Assembly (NCBI GenBank): GCA_964621445.1
Contig: CAZUNO010000015.1
Location: 9,636-73,635, forward strand
Reading direction: 5' to 3'
Source: Candidatus Hadarchaeota archaeon
Lineage (GTDB): Archaea; CAYQAE01; CAYVLA01
Length of the DNA: 64,000 nucleotides
Shown here: piece by piece, positions 40,674 through 51,200 of the stretch
Layout of the letters: each line of letters starts with the position of its first letter
Position numbering within the stretch: position 1 is the stretch's first letter
The notes under the pieces: generated by a model
Database searches by the model: none
Told to the model about the DNA's origin: nothing
The model's input: only the letters and a program-made list of their open reading frames with translations
Made by a program: the position numbers and the translations under genes

Positions 40674-41650
40674 TATGGATGAGATCGAGATTGCTGTCCT
40701 TGGTTTTGTTCCTGCTAGTACTTTCGCAGGCCGGTGTATGGGGGGAGATGTTTGAACCTCTGGTGGTTGTCTACGCCGGGAGGATGGATTACGGAAACGC
40801 TCTGGTCGAAATAGTAAATGAGACCGGGACCAGGGCAAGGCTTGCTGAAAGCGACGCCACACTCCGTGGCCTAATCAGTCTTCCCCAGGTCAAATGCGTT
40901 GTAATAGCTGCCCAGAACCCATCGGACTTCGTTTTTCTGAGGGAATTTTCCTCGGTGCTCAGGAATTACTTCCTGGAGGGAGGGTCCCTGGTGGGCATCG
41001 GGCCCTGCTGTGGGCCCGATCTCGAGGAGCTTTCCGGGTCCCTGTTTCCGTTAAGAGGTAATGCCACCAAAAAGGGCAGGCCCATTGATGGGGGCTTTGG
41101 CTCGGAATATGTTAGATGTGGAGATCTTGAACCGATAACCGGGAGTCTGCCATCAAGGTTCGTGATTACCCAGAGCGAGTATTCATATCGAGCGGGAAGC
41201 AGCGGTCCTGTAGATCCGGTTAGCGGACTGGGCGAAACCAGGGTGCTTTTTAGGGACCGCTCCCAGGGTGCGCCCATGGTGGTAACCCTTGAGAAAGAAA
41301 AAGGAGGTAGGACGGTGTCCATGCCCGGATGTCGGGTGGCGAACGTGGAACGCCTACCCTTCTACTGGGGGAATTTGGTTGAGAACCAGAAATTTAGACT
41401 CCTGCTGGCGGGGGCCGTTAACTGGGCCATGGATGGCTGCAATCGTTACCATTTCCTGGCGGCCAATGCCGAAAGTGATCTCAGTGAGGAGAGGCAGAGA
41501 CTCCAGGAACTGGTTGATGAGGGAGAGAGTCTGAGGGAAGACGCCCAGCGGAATAGAATGATGCTTCTTGGGGCCCTATGGTCTCTGGGGCTGGTTTTCC
41601 AGGGCTTTCTGGTCGTCAAGTATATTTTGCCGGCTTTCAGGCAGAGCTAG
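40670..41650 (+). CDS. Surface protein with GATase/ThuA-like domain, short stalk and C-terminal TM
   Basis: Signal peptide, L..Y..EGGSLVG, GGR.V, AVNWA, coiled coil, TM. Confidence 0.75.
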   Translation: MIWMRSRLLSLVLFLLVLSQAGVWGEMFEPLVVVYAGRMDYGNALVEIVNETGTRARLAESDATLRGLISLPQVKCVVIAAQNPSDFVFLREFSSVLRNYFLEGGSLVGIGPCCGPDLEELSGSLFPLRGNATKKGRPIDGGFGSEYVRCGDLEPITGSLPSRFVITQSEYSYRAGSSGPVDPVSGLGETRVLFRDRSQGAPMVVTLEKEKGGRTVSMPGCRVANVERLPFYWGNLVENQKFRLLLAGAVNWAMDGCNRYHFLAANAESDLSEERQRLQELVDEGESLREDAQRNRMMLLGALWSLGLVFQGFLVVKYILPAFRQS

Positions 41651-41655
41651 CCGCT

Positions 41656-42672
41656 TTAGCTCCCCAGGAACTCCTCGGCACGTTTGAGCTGGTCCTCATA
41701 ACCAAGCAGGATTACCCTGTCCCCAGCCTCTATCAACTCCTCGTCCGGGGGGTTAGCGATACGGTTCTCCGGGTGATTTTTCTTGGCCAGGGCCACCAGC
41801 GTGGTGCCGGTTTTCTGGCGTAAGAGGGGTAACACCTTCCCCACCATCTCGCCCTCAAGGGGACCATTCCTGACTCCGAATTCCCGGAGATCCGCTCCCT
41901 CCAACCCAGAGGTGACATCATCCACGAAATCGATGACCTTTGGCTCAAAAACGGAGCTGGCCAACATCCTGCCGGTGAGGGCCTGGGGGGAAATCACGCT
42001 TTCCACCCCCGATTCCTTAACCAGCTCTATTAGCTGCCTCTCCTTGATCGAGGCGACGACATGTATGGATTTATTTACCTTCCTGCATGCCAGGGCCGCC
42101 ATTATGGTCTTGGAATCATCCCCCACGTTGATGATTACCGTTTCCGCGTCCCCCAGGTTTGCCATTTCCAGGGACTCGGTAGAGGTTGGGTCCCCCAGAA
42201 TGGGGAAGGCTTCCAACCGATTTGTTCTCTCTACACTCTCCTGGCTCTCAACCACAACCGCGACCTCCATGCCGCCGTGGATCAACTGCTTGACCGCTTC
42301 CTCGACGACATCGTCCATTCCCAGTATGACTATGTGTTTCCGGTACTTGCATTCCTTCAAACCCTTTGATTCCTCCAGAACCCTCCCTAGTATCAGGGAG
42401 GCGATTCCTCCTATTGTGAATACGTAGATGCCGAGACCGATTAGTATGAAAACCATTGATATAGATCTCCCTCCAGGACTGACTGCCGATATGTCCCCGT
42501 ATCCAACCGTGGATAGGGTGACCACTCCCCAGTAGACGGAATCGAAATAGGTGAGTTCCTCTCCCTGGGCTCTGGCCTGGTTCTCAAAGTAGGTGAAGAG
42601 GGTAGTGGAGATAAGGAAGATGGCTAATAGGGCAAGGGCCGCCAGATAGACCCTGCGATTATCCCGCGCCAT
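41656..42672 (-). CDS. MthK-type potassium channel with RCK (TrkA-N/C) domains
   Basis: YW..VT.STVGYGD selectivity filter, HIVILG, GDPT, RCK_C. Confidence 0.95.
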   Translation of the reverse strand: MARDNRRVYLAALALLAIFLISTTLFTYFENQARAQGEELTYFDSVYWGVVTLSTVGYGDISAVSPGGRSISMVFILIGLGIYVFTIGGIASLILGRVLEESKGLKECKYRKHIVILGMDDVVEEAVKQLIHGGMEVAVVVESQESVERTNRLEAFPILGDPTSTESLEMANLGDAETVIINVGDDSKTIMAALACRKVNKSIHVVASIKERQLIELVKESGVESVISPQALTGRMLASSVFEPKVIDFVDDVTSGLEGADLREFGVRNGPLEGEMVGKVLPLLRQKTGTTLVALAKKNHPENRIANPPDEELIEAGDRVILLGYEDQLKRAEEFLGS

Positions 42673-42700
42673 GGTTCTATCATGGGTAATACTGGTGATA

Positions 42701-43774
42701 TTAATGCTTGCCGGATGTGTGTAGAAGAGCACAACGTAGATTCCAAAGGTGGATAAATGGATAGAGCCGGCGATATGCGTTTTCCGAGAAGAGTTCCTTC
42801 AAGGTGTATTTTTGGGTGAGATATGAGATGGCCTTTTCATGGTAACGGTAGGATCCATCCAGCAAACCACGAGCGAAATCGGCCACCTGCCTCTCCCCCC
42901 TTATGGCCTGGAGAAGCAGGTGGGGATAGCTTCTTGGCTGACCTCTAATAATAGACCGGGCGGCCGTCAACCCGGAGAGAACGGCTAGATGTGAACCGCC
43001 GCCGTGATAGGGGTTGGCAAGCCCGGCCGCATCCCCACATAGGAAAAGATTATCTTGCTGGATGCTGTTTGCCACCTCATTAGGTATGTGTCCGGAAGTT
43101 CTGGAAAGAACCTGGAAATCACCTATCTTTTCCTTCAGAAATTTTTTTAGCCGCTGCCACTTCTTCCTCGGGGGATGGCATGTCCAGCCTATTCCCACGT
43201 TTGCTTCCCCGCCCGACTTGGGGAATATCCAATAATACCCCTTATCCCCGGGAATAAAATAGGCAACTATCTTCTTTTCAAGGTCATCAAGATCGGCGTT
43301 TATCCTGACCTGTATTCCCAGGGAGAGGGAAACGCTTCCCATTCCGTACTCCCTATAGGACTGCCCCGGGCAGCCCGAGCAGTCCAGGACGTAGTCATAG
43401 TTACGTCTAAGGCGGGAGATCTTGCCCTCATGGTTCAATACGATTTCGGCTCCCCGCCGTTCGGCCTGGCGGGCCATTGATCTGAGCCAGACATCCTTGT
43501 CCATCATCCATATATTCATATCCCCTGGGCTGAAGCTGTACCACCGATGGGCCTTGATGAGTACCTCCTTTACCCCGGTCCGGGCTCCGGGTGGCGGGTT
43601 TGAGTAATGCCCGTAGAGGTCAAAGAAGCCCTCCGCGCACCTAATTACGTGCCCCACCTCCGGCTCTTTCTCAAGCACTGTTACCATCAAATCCCCCCGG
43701 GCTAGCTCCAGTGCTGCCGTGAGACCAGCGGGGCCAGCACCCATTACGGCTACTCTTACCAAGTGAGACACCAA
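42701..43774 (-). CDS. Geranylgeranyl reductase family FAD oxidoreductase
   Basis: GAGPAG, CAEG, GYYWIFPK, ANVGIG, GDAAG..NP.HGGG. Confidence 0.92.
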   Translation of the reverse strand: MVSHLVRVAVMGAGPAGLTAALELARGDLMVTVLEKEPEVGHVIRCAEGFFDLYGHYSNPPPGARTGVKEVLIKAHRWYSFSPGDMNIWMMDKDVWLRSMARQAERRGAEIVLNHEGKISRLRRNYDYVLDCSGCPGQSYREYGMGSVSLSLGIQVRINADLDDLEKKIVAYFIPGDKGYYWIFPKSGGEANVGIGWTCHPPRKKWQRLKKFLKEKIGDFQVLSRTSGHIPNEVANSIQQDNLFLCGDAAGLANPYHGGGSHLAVLSGLTAARSIIRGQPRSYPHLLLQAIRGERQVADFARGLLDGSYRYHEKAISYLTQKYTLKELFSENAYRRLYPFIHLWNLRCALLHTSGKH

Positions 43775-43888
43775 ATTGGGCTTGTTACCCGAACATTCTA
43801 GATGGTCTTTTCCTTGATATTGATTCCGCTAACAATAGTTGTCTACCCAAATATGGGTTGAGAACTAAACTTATCGCCCTAAAATCGG

Positions 43889-43914
43889 TTTTTTTTGATT
43901 TTTTTATTTTTTTT
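43889..43914 (+). terminator. Oligo-T tract (possible archaeal terminator)
   Basis: Three adjacent T runs; no matching upstream + strand gene seen. Confidence 0.25.
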
Positions 43915-44289
43915 CAAACTTTAAATCACGTAGCACAGCATCCTATTGAGGAGCCATTGTATTAAAGTTTTATTTCGAGTGCTCTATTTGGATCCTACCT
44001 TAGAAAGACCCCCCTTTATTCCTTTTCCACTTGCCTGGACAAAAAGACACCTAATCCCAATGTCGTTTCCCTATCATCCAACCCCTTTCCTGACAGGAAA
44101 GAGCCAGCGGGGGCTATGCTATGCGCTATACTCCACATGTAACCCCATGCTACAACTGTTTTCATGACTTCTTGGTCGAGAAATCGCCTCTAAAAAAGAA
44201 GATGGAAACCTGAAGTTCCTTCATCGGGAAAGCCCTCCGCAACGAGATGGATAGGGAAAGCACAAGGCAGGGGGGTAGATAATGCTACA

Positions 44290-44437
44290 GACTTGAATAT
44301 ATGTTCAAGTCCGCAAAGCCGGTTTTGATACTTTAAGCGATCGGAAACCCGTTTCCGCGACAATCGATTGCCCCCGCTGGCAGCGACCCTAAGTACCAAA
44401 AGCCCTTTTGACCCCAGATCGTGAAACCGGTTTCACG
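44290..44437. promoter_or_regulatory. Cluster of palindromes (candidate operators)
   Basis: GACTTGAATATATGTTCAAGTC (44290-44311), CGGAAACCCGTTTCCG (44342-44357), perfect CGTGAAACCGGTTTCACG (44420-44437). Confidence 0.5.
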
Positions 44438-44740
44438 TGATGAGGTGTTGGACGAGTTCGAGGATCTGTGGGGCAAGAGTCCGTCTATTGATAATATATT
44501 ATCATTAGCGTCTACAGGTAAAGGCAGTCCTCTCTATGGAAAGATTGGTCCCTATGCCAAGAGTATTGGTGTAGATAGAAATATGATCCGCAATAAGATC
44601 AACCTCTTGTGGCTGCCTCCCGAAATCGATTGCACGCAGCGACCCCCAGATCGGACAACCGGTTCTTCGCGACGAGGTGCTGGCGGTATCCCAACGGCCT
44701 TGACACAGGTAACCCGTCCGACTGGTTGTACTCACGCACG

Positions 44741-45193
44741 ATGAAAGGCTACAGCAACGCGCCGACCGGAAGCAGCCCCAGGGGCGTAAAGAGAACCGGG
44801 GCTGAGCTCACAGAGCGTATCTATGGACTAACAAGTAATGATGAGGGATACAACTCCTGCTACAGTAGGATTAGGAGGAAGATTAGGAGCCTTGAGTCCA
44901 AGGGTCTGGTTTCTAGATCCCTCTTCGGCAACAACAAGCCGTTTAGGCTGACCGAGCTGGCGATAATCAACCTGGCCAAGATCGGTGGAAAGGAGAAACA
45001 GCTTAACGTAATTCCAAGAGTCGATCTGGTTGTATACATATTCACGATCGCTCTGGCAATACCTGTCTTTCTTCTGTCCGCTTGCTTGATCGATATGGCT
45101 GAGCTTTCAATCATAGGCATGTTCAGATGCTTCTGTTTCCTCCTCGGCCTCTCCTTCTGCAGGATAGTGCAGAGTGTGAGGAGGGTTTTCTAG
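44741..45193 (+). CDS. Winged-helix protein with two C-terminal TM helices (N-terminus possibly damaged)
   Basis: T.AEL...IYG, RIRRKIRSLESKGLVSR, FRLT, then 2 hydrophobic helices. Confidence 0.6.
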   Translation: MKGYSNAPTGSSPRGVKRTGAELTERIYGLTSNDEGYNSCYSRIRRKIRSLESKGLVSRSLFGNNKPFRLTELAIINLAKIGGKEKQLNVIPRVDLVVYIFTIALAIPVFLLSACLIDMAELSIIGMFRCFCFLLGLSFCRIVQSVRRVF

Positions 45194-45720
45194 TGAAACC
45201 CGTCCGCTTAGAAGAAGAGGATGAAGAGCAGAAAAGGGTGGTTTTTAGCATGAGGACTAAGATCTCAATCTTTGGGTTATGCTTCCTAGCAACCATGGTT
45301 TTCGTGGCCTATACGGGCACTCCTCGTGTAGCGGAGGCCCTACGCAACCTGGGACAGGGATTGCAGGAAGATGGAAACGAAACTGAGCCGCCAGACTACA
45401 CCGAAACTGCCTTCGGCGTACCAGTGGTTACTTGCCAGCATGAGATAGTGTGGGAGAAGAGGTACAGAGATTGGGAGGCTGAAGACATGATCCCGGCCGG
45501 GGATGGCTTCCTTATCCTGGGGAATATCCTCAAGGGGGTCATCAACCTCCGCGCCCTGATGATCGATGCAGATGGTGACAAAATCTGGAGTAGAACCTAC
45601 GGTGGGGCCTATGAGGTGGAGAAAGCAGGAGGCCTGGTTGGTGGGGAGAATGGAACCTACCTGCTGGCTGGAGGCACCGATTCATGGGGGGCAGGGGAGC
45701 GCGAAAGGAAAATACTATAG
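45193..45720 (+). pseudogene. Membrane-anchored beta-propeller-repeat surface protein, 3'-truncated
   Basis: TM, then WEKRY / WSRTYGG...YLLAGGTDSWGAG repeats; stops abruptly where AT-rich DNA begins. Confidence 0.6.
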
Positions 45721-45771
45721 TCCTTTAGTCCTTTGATTATATTAATAAGTTCTCAAAAATCCTGAGAAAAA

Positions 45772-46236
45772 ATGAGTGTTAAAAATAAGGTAAAAAGTGT
45801 ATTAATACCCTTTTTGGAAGTCCATCCGCCTGAGAAAGTATATAAAGAAGGTCTAAAATCCTTAAAGGAGAATGGAAAGCTTTACCTTCTCCATATACTT
45901 GATGATGCCTCTACAAAGAGTATCCGATATATGACTGAGCTAGGCGAAGAGAGTGAAGTTGTCAAATCATTTCAGAAGGCTCAGAGAGATTTGGGAGAAG
46001 CAGGAATTGAAGAATTTTTAGAGAAGAAAAGAGCGGAAGGCGAGAAAGGGGTTTCCATAGAAACTAAATTTGTAAAGGGAGATCCCGCTGAGGAAGTTTT
46101 AAAGGCTATTGAAGAGTATTCTATCGACCTTGTTGTTTTAGAACAGTTAAGGCAAAAAAAGGATCGAATACTGTTTGGAGACGAGATGGATTTTCTTAGA
46201 GAGAAAGCTCCTTGCCAAGTTGTAACTGTACGATAG
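45772..46236 (+). CDS. Universal stress protein (UspA family)
   Basis: LYLLHI, GDPAEEVL....DLVV, ILFG, APC.V. Confidence 0.88.
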   Translation: MSVKNKVKSVLIPFLEVHPPEKVYKEGLKSLKENGKLYLLHILDDASTKSIRYMTELGEESEVVKSFQKAQRDLGEAGIEEFLEKKRAEGEKGVSIETKFVKGDPAEEVLKAIEEYSIDLVVLEQLRQKKDRILFGDEMDFLREKAPCQVVTVR

Positions 46237-46252
46237 ATTTTCGGCGATAATT

Positions 46253-47704
46253 ATGGGTGGAGGTAAGGGGGTTAAGGAGAGGTCTGAGATAAGCGAAGAA
46301 GTACCTCCTCTTGAAAAACCTCAAAACATTCGGGCAATCGTTTACCTTTTAATTGCTTTTGGAGCTTTGGCTCTTATTTCTATAATGCCTACCCCCATGA
46401 ATCCTTTTGCTCAGAGAGCTTTAGGTATTTTAGTGTTTGTCACGATTTTATGGATCACTGAAGCTTTTCCTCTCGGGATGACTGCGCTTTTTGGTGTCAC
46501 GTTGTTACCCCTGTTAGGAATACTTCCTCTTTCAAACACTTTTTTGGGTTTCAAGAATCCCGCATTGTTCTTTCTAATAGGTGCTTTTTCTTTTGGAATA
46601 GCTATGCAGAAAACAAACCTTTCCAAGAGGTTTTCTCTTAAGGTTTTGGATAGATTTGGGAATAGTGCGTCATACATAATTTTTGGCATATGCTTGATAG
46701 GATGTGTTATGTCTTGGGCTATGCCCTCCCATGCTGTTGCGGCGTTACTTCTGCCGGTATTGGTTAGCATAATCAAAGCGGGAGAGATAAAGCATGATAG
46801 TAATTTTGTAGTGGCCGTATTTTTGGCGCTGACTTATTCTACTTCGGTTGGAAGTATTGGATCATTGCTGGGTGGAGCTAGGAATATCTTAGCTATTGGT
46901 ATTCTTGAGACTTTAACCGGTGCTTCGCCAGGTTTTTTGGATTGGATGGTTGCCGGTGTCCCTATAGCTTTAGTTTTAACGGTTTTGACTTTCTTCACTT
47001 TGAAGCTAATTTACCCTTGGGAGGAAATAGACACCCAAAGAATTAGGAATAAACTACAAGATGAAGTAAGAGAAATGGGTTCGATGAGTAGAGGTGAAAA
47101 AAAAGCCGTCACCATATTTTTTATTACTCTTATACTCTGGATTAGCGTTGGTAGGAATTTTGGACTCTCGATAATTGCTATAGGTGGCTTTTTTGCCCTT
47201 GTGGTCTCACGGGCGATAACTTGGCGTGATATAAAACGGAACATGCCTTGGGGATTGATTTTCCTTTATGGTGGGGCCTTGACATTGAGCTATGCATTGA
47301 CTGAGACTAATGCTGTAGTATATATTTCTAAGAGTTTAGTAGATTTTGTAGGGCAAAATCCTCTTGTTGTCATGATAACTTTTCTAATTTTGGTTATTGT
47401 TATCTCTAATATGATGAGTAATGCGGCTGCCGTTGCTGTCGTTCTACCAATTGCCATTATTACAGTAACTGGATTGAGCGTGGCTGAGCATTATCCTGGA
47501 GAACTCGTCGCTTATCTCATTGCGATGGGATCAGCAATGGTATTTATGTTACCGGTTGGCACACCTAGTGCAGCAATAGTTTATTCCTCGGGTTATGTAG
47601 AAGTCAAAGATCTAGTGAAAGCTGGCGGTGTCCTGACAGTTTTATCAATTTTAGTATTTCTCACGATTGGTTTAGGCTGGTGGAAGCTTATTGGAATTTG
47701 GTAA
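46253..47704 (+). CDS. SLC13/DASS sodium:dicarboxylate/sulfate symporter
   Basis: LWITEAFP, GSLLGGARN, PWG.IFL.GG, MSNAA, FMLPVGTP..AIVY. Confidence 0.93.
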   Translation: MGGGKGVKERSEISEEVPPLEKPQNIRAIVYLLIAFGALALISIMPTPMNPFAQRALGILVFVTILWITEAFPLGMTALFGVTLLPLLGILPLSNTFLGFKNPALFFLIGAFSFGIAMQKTNLSKRFSLKVLDRFGNSASYIIFGICLIGCVMSWAMPSHAVAALLLPVLVSIIKAGEIKHDSNFVVAVFLALTYSTSVGSIGSLLGGARNILAIGILETLTGASPGFLDWMVAGVPIALVLTVLTFFTLKLIYPWEEIDTQRIRNKLQDEVREMGSMSRGEKKAVTIFFITLILWISVGRNFGLSIIAIGGFFALVVSRAITWRDIKRNMPWGLIFLYGGALTLSYALTETNAVVYISKSLVDFVGQNPLVVMITFLILVIVISNMMSNAAAVAVVLPIAIITVTGLSVAEHYPGELVAYLIAMGSAMVFMLPVGTPSAAIVYSSGYVEVKDLVKAGGVLTVLSILVFLTIGLGWWKLIGIW

Positions 47705-47865
47705 ATTTATTCCAAGCAAGGCTTCGTTGGATCGGTGTTTGTATAAGACCTCTAACCATTACCGAGAAGAGACCGATGAGCGCTATCAACCAGGTGAACA
47801 GATTCCTATAGTTATGTTCCATCCTTGGTTTCGCTGCAAATCTGTGATAACGTTGTGTTGGTGTC

Positions 47866-48010
47866 TATAGTGGTCCCTTTTCTTTTGGCTATGATGAGTT
47901 CTCTTGTTTTCTCAGGTGGCTCTCAGGTCGGTTGAGCCAACCATGCTATCGATCTTCTCTACAGTTTTCTGGTCTACTGAGACTCCGAATTTGATTTTAC
48001 GGCCTGTCAT
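47866..48010 (-). pseudogene. CopG/NikR-like RHH regulator relic with internal deletion
   Basis: MTGRKIKFGVSVDQKTVEKID...DLRAT, then EKTRELIIAKRK in another frame. Confidence 0.45.
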
Positions 48011-48242
48011 GTCTGTGCACCGGGTGCACGGCCTTGATATCTCTTTTTCTCTACCTGCTGGATCATGGTCTGTCTGTTCGTTCACACTTTTGCTCATTTA
48101 GAAGCGTGTTAAGGTAGCTGGACCCTGTGAATGGGTGATGGAGATGAGATAGGTCTTCTTTTGTCGGGTGGGCTCGAATCCTTTCAGCTTGCCCAGATCG
48201 CAGAATAGCTAGGCCCCAAATTGTATACTTTCCTATACTAAA

Positions 48243-48506
48243 AGAAAGGGCAGAATTGTGGACTACCAAGTGGTTAATGATCTTAGCGAATTGAAAGCTG
48301 AACCGGGTTTCAGTATTGATATTGGATTAATAACTCTCCTGCAGTCCAAACTGTCGTTGCTAACTCTTCTTAGAGGAACTGACCAGATTGAAGACATGGA
48401 CTACCATTTGTTAATTTGGTATAATGAGAGCTTCAGCGGTTACAGTAACCTTACAATCCTTAAGGTTAATCTAGAAAGGAGAAACGACTGCGCCATCTGT
48501 AACCCG
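48243..48506 (+). pseudogene. C-terminal fragment of ThiF/E1-like enzyme
   Basis: VDY...LKAEPG..IDI.......K..L..LL...RRNDCAICNP zinc-binding tail; no adenylation domain upstream. Confidence 0.5.
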
Positions 48507-50002
48507 GCGCATTGGTCAGAGTCACTTCAAAAATTGTTGACCGAGGCAGCCTTCTGTATGATCAGTTTGATCCATGAAGCAGGCCATCTGTATCTGCTAT
48601 CTAGGATCTCCTCGCTGGCGCAGTTAGAGACTCAGAGAGATCGCTGTGCAGGTAGTTCGTGCCTGTCATCGGTCCTCACGGTATATCGAATGTTATCTCC
48701 ACAGCGATTCCGCTGCCAGAGAACCCAAACGAAGATACCGTGACGCGGAATGGGGGAACTCCATAGGGGAGGAGCGATATGATCCTTTGGGAGCACTCGG
48801 CGTTGAGTACAGATCCAGTTCTCAACTATTACTCCGCCAGTACTCAGCGAGTGCCCACACTTCTCAGATCTACTGTGAATCCTAATACGAAGGCTTATCC
48901 CCCAAGCCCAAGCGAATCATAGCGTATAGATACTGCTCTCCCCCCTCCTTTCGGTTGATGGTATTTTCGGCGGATGACCCTACACCGTACTAGTTAACCC
49001 AGTTTGGTGTAATCCACATTACACAAAACCAGCTCACGGGCCTATCCGCTGCCGCATCGCTCTGCTGCTGTATCTGTCGGGGATCCGGGCAAAGGGTATC
49101 GGACCTCCCCCTGGGACCCATCGCCGCCCCCTGGCTTCCGAGGATCACCCCGCGGCGTATCGCCGAACTGCCCCCTATGCGTACGTGTCTGGCGTCGGTT
49201 TCTCTCGCTGGTTTTCCCGCTGGCCGGTCGGTGGCTTTCTCGGTCGACGCATCGGTGACAACTGGATGAGCTCTGATCGACACTTAATGCTTATTGGGGC
49301 GGGAGAACAGCACCTTGGAGTACTTCAGATAGGGGAGAAGAGGGAGGAGCTGTTTCAGGAACCAAGTTTCGCGCACAGATAGGTCACGAAAACGAGGCAG
49401 GCGATATCGAAGGGCGGAAAGCCGAAAACATTTGCTACTCCGAGGTCTCCCAGCGTATACATACCCTTCTTCCCTCACCACCCCCACAGTCGAGCCTGAG
49501 CGAACTCGATAGACACGAGAACCCTACACGGCAGAATGGTGATAGCAGAAGAGGGCCGATGATAGCGATCTCCGGTAGCAATTCATCCAGTTCTCGAGTC
49601 TGGTCTAGAAGCCTTGCTGGGTCTGCTTGGCGTGGCCGCCCCGAACGGTGTTGGTCTTTGTGTAATGGCGATTACACCAAGTCTGTTCAGAATCTAGGTA
49701 GGAGGTCATTCTATGGGAACAGTCCCAAATTCGTTGTCCCTTCAAGGCATCTCTCCTGTCTATGCTAGTCAGCCTTATACGGGTCAATATGAGGATACTC
49801 GCAGCCGTAGAGCGAGGAGATGTTCTAGCGTCAATAGAGGGAAGATAGGATTCGAGGATTGTTCGACTAGGGGGTCCAGAGTTGCTAGATCGATGGCGAG
49901 ATGGAGGGTCGCCCCGATATAGCTACCGCCCTAGATATGGCTTGTCTAGCCTTCGTTTGGTAGCTTGATTCTCACAATACCTGAGACGGAGAATTCGTTG
50001 GA

Positions 50003-50540
50003 ATGGCCATTACGGACACTGAGAGTGACGGTCTCCTTGAAGTCGCTCTCGACTTTGAAATATGCCGAGGAGCGCGCTGCAACATCGTCCTGGATGAGAA
50101 AACCCGTTTCCTGATAGCGAATGAGATAACCGAGCAGCGTAGCACGCTGGAAACCCGGATGGTTATGCAGAAAGCCAAAAAGCAGACCAAGAACGCTAAA
50201 CCGTGGGTTATGATTAGCGACGGTATGAGTGCCTATCCGTCCGCTATACGACAGGAATTTGGCGATGACACCCCAACACATCGGCAACGTGGGCATCCGA
50301 GACCGGATAAACAACAACGTGCTGGAACGCTATCATGGCACGTATAGGGAGCGAGATAAGGTTATGTGTGGTATGGAAAACAATATTCCGGCCAGGGAGA
50401 TGAACGAAAACATCAGGACATACTACAACTTCGTCCGAGGGCATACGGCTCTGAACGGACGGACATCCGCCGAGGAAGCCGGGATAAACCTGTCTCTGGG
50501 ACGCAACCGATGGATGAGCCTGCTCCATCAGGCTCTCTAA
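50003..50540 (+). mobile_element. IS6-family DDE transposase remnant (5'-truncated, frameshift at ~50275)
   Basis: D.KTRFL.A, ISDG..AY..AI, NN..ER.HGT.RER.KV, YYNFVR.H.AL.G.T.AE.AGI. Confidence 0.85.
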
Positions 50541-50696
50541 TCCTTTTTCTTTACAGGAAAAGAATAGGAAGAAACGAAAGCTTTATTAATTGGCCGCCTT
50601 ATTACAATCAAGAGAGAAAAACAGACGGCAGGAGCAAAGCTCTGTCCTGTAAAGGGCAGCAGGATTTCCCTGTCTGCCGTCTGGAACTCAGGCTTT

Positions 50697-51200
50697 TTAT
50701 CTTTTTAATTTCTCTATTTCGCCGTCAAGTGAAATATATTTGTCTGCATTCAGTTGTAATGTCTTTGCTGTAGAATGGTCAAAACCAGCCACTTCAACTT
50801 GTTTCCCCATTTCTTTCACTGCTTGAATGGCTGGTAGGAAATCTTTATCCCCTGTGGCAACTACAGCAACATCATACATTTTTTTATGGCCACAAAGTAG
50901 TAGTTTAGTGGCCAAAGCAATATCAACACCTTTTTCGTAAAATTTACCTTCTTCTTTTTGTAGTTCGGTTTCAACTACTTCATAACCTATATACCTTAAT
51001 TTGTTGTAAAAATTTGTTTGCTTTTGTACCGGGGGCTCTTTCACACTGACAAAAATATATGGCCTGATAAGCTTACGTTCAGATGTTAAAATTTCTTTTA
51101 GCTTTTCGTAGTCAATTTTTATTCCTATATCATTGGCTGAATGAAATAAGTTTGAGCCATCAATAAAAATCATTATCTTGTCTTGGGTATCTAACGCCAT
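50697..51200 (-). CDS. NYN domain (LabA/DUF88) putative RNase
   Basis: IFIDGSN, EKGVD..LA, TGD.DF.P......G..V, L...AD; AT-rich. Confidence 0.92.
   Translation of the reverse strand: MALDTQDKIMIFIDGSNLFHSANDIGIKIDYEKLKEILTSERKLIRPYIFVSVKEPPVQKQTNFYNKLRYIGYEVVETELQKEEGKFYEKGVDIALATKLLLCGHKKMYDVAVVATGDKDFLPAIQAVKEMGKQVEVAGFDHSTAKTLQLNADKYISLDGEIEKLKR

Noticed and set aside
44300-44320. GTTCAAGTCC resembling a tRNA T-loop
   Set aside because: No acceptor, D or anticodon stems; it is one arm of a DNA palindrome
48520-49980. Short ORFs in decayed island DNA
   Set aside because: Multiple stops in all frames; no recognisable family
50265-50285. Programmed frameshift in the transposase
   Set aside because: No slippery heptamer, the element is also 5'-truncated, and IS6 transposases are normally single ORFs
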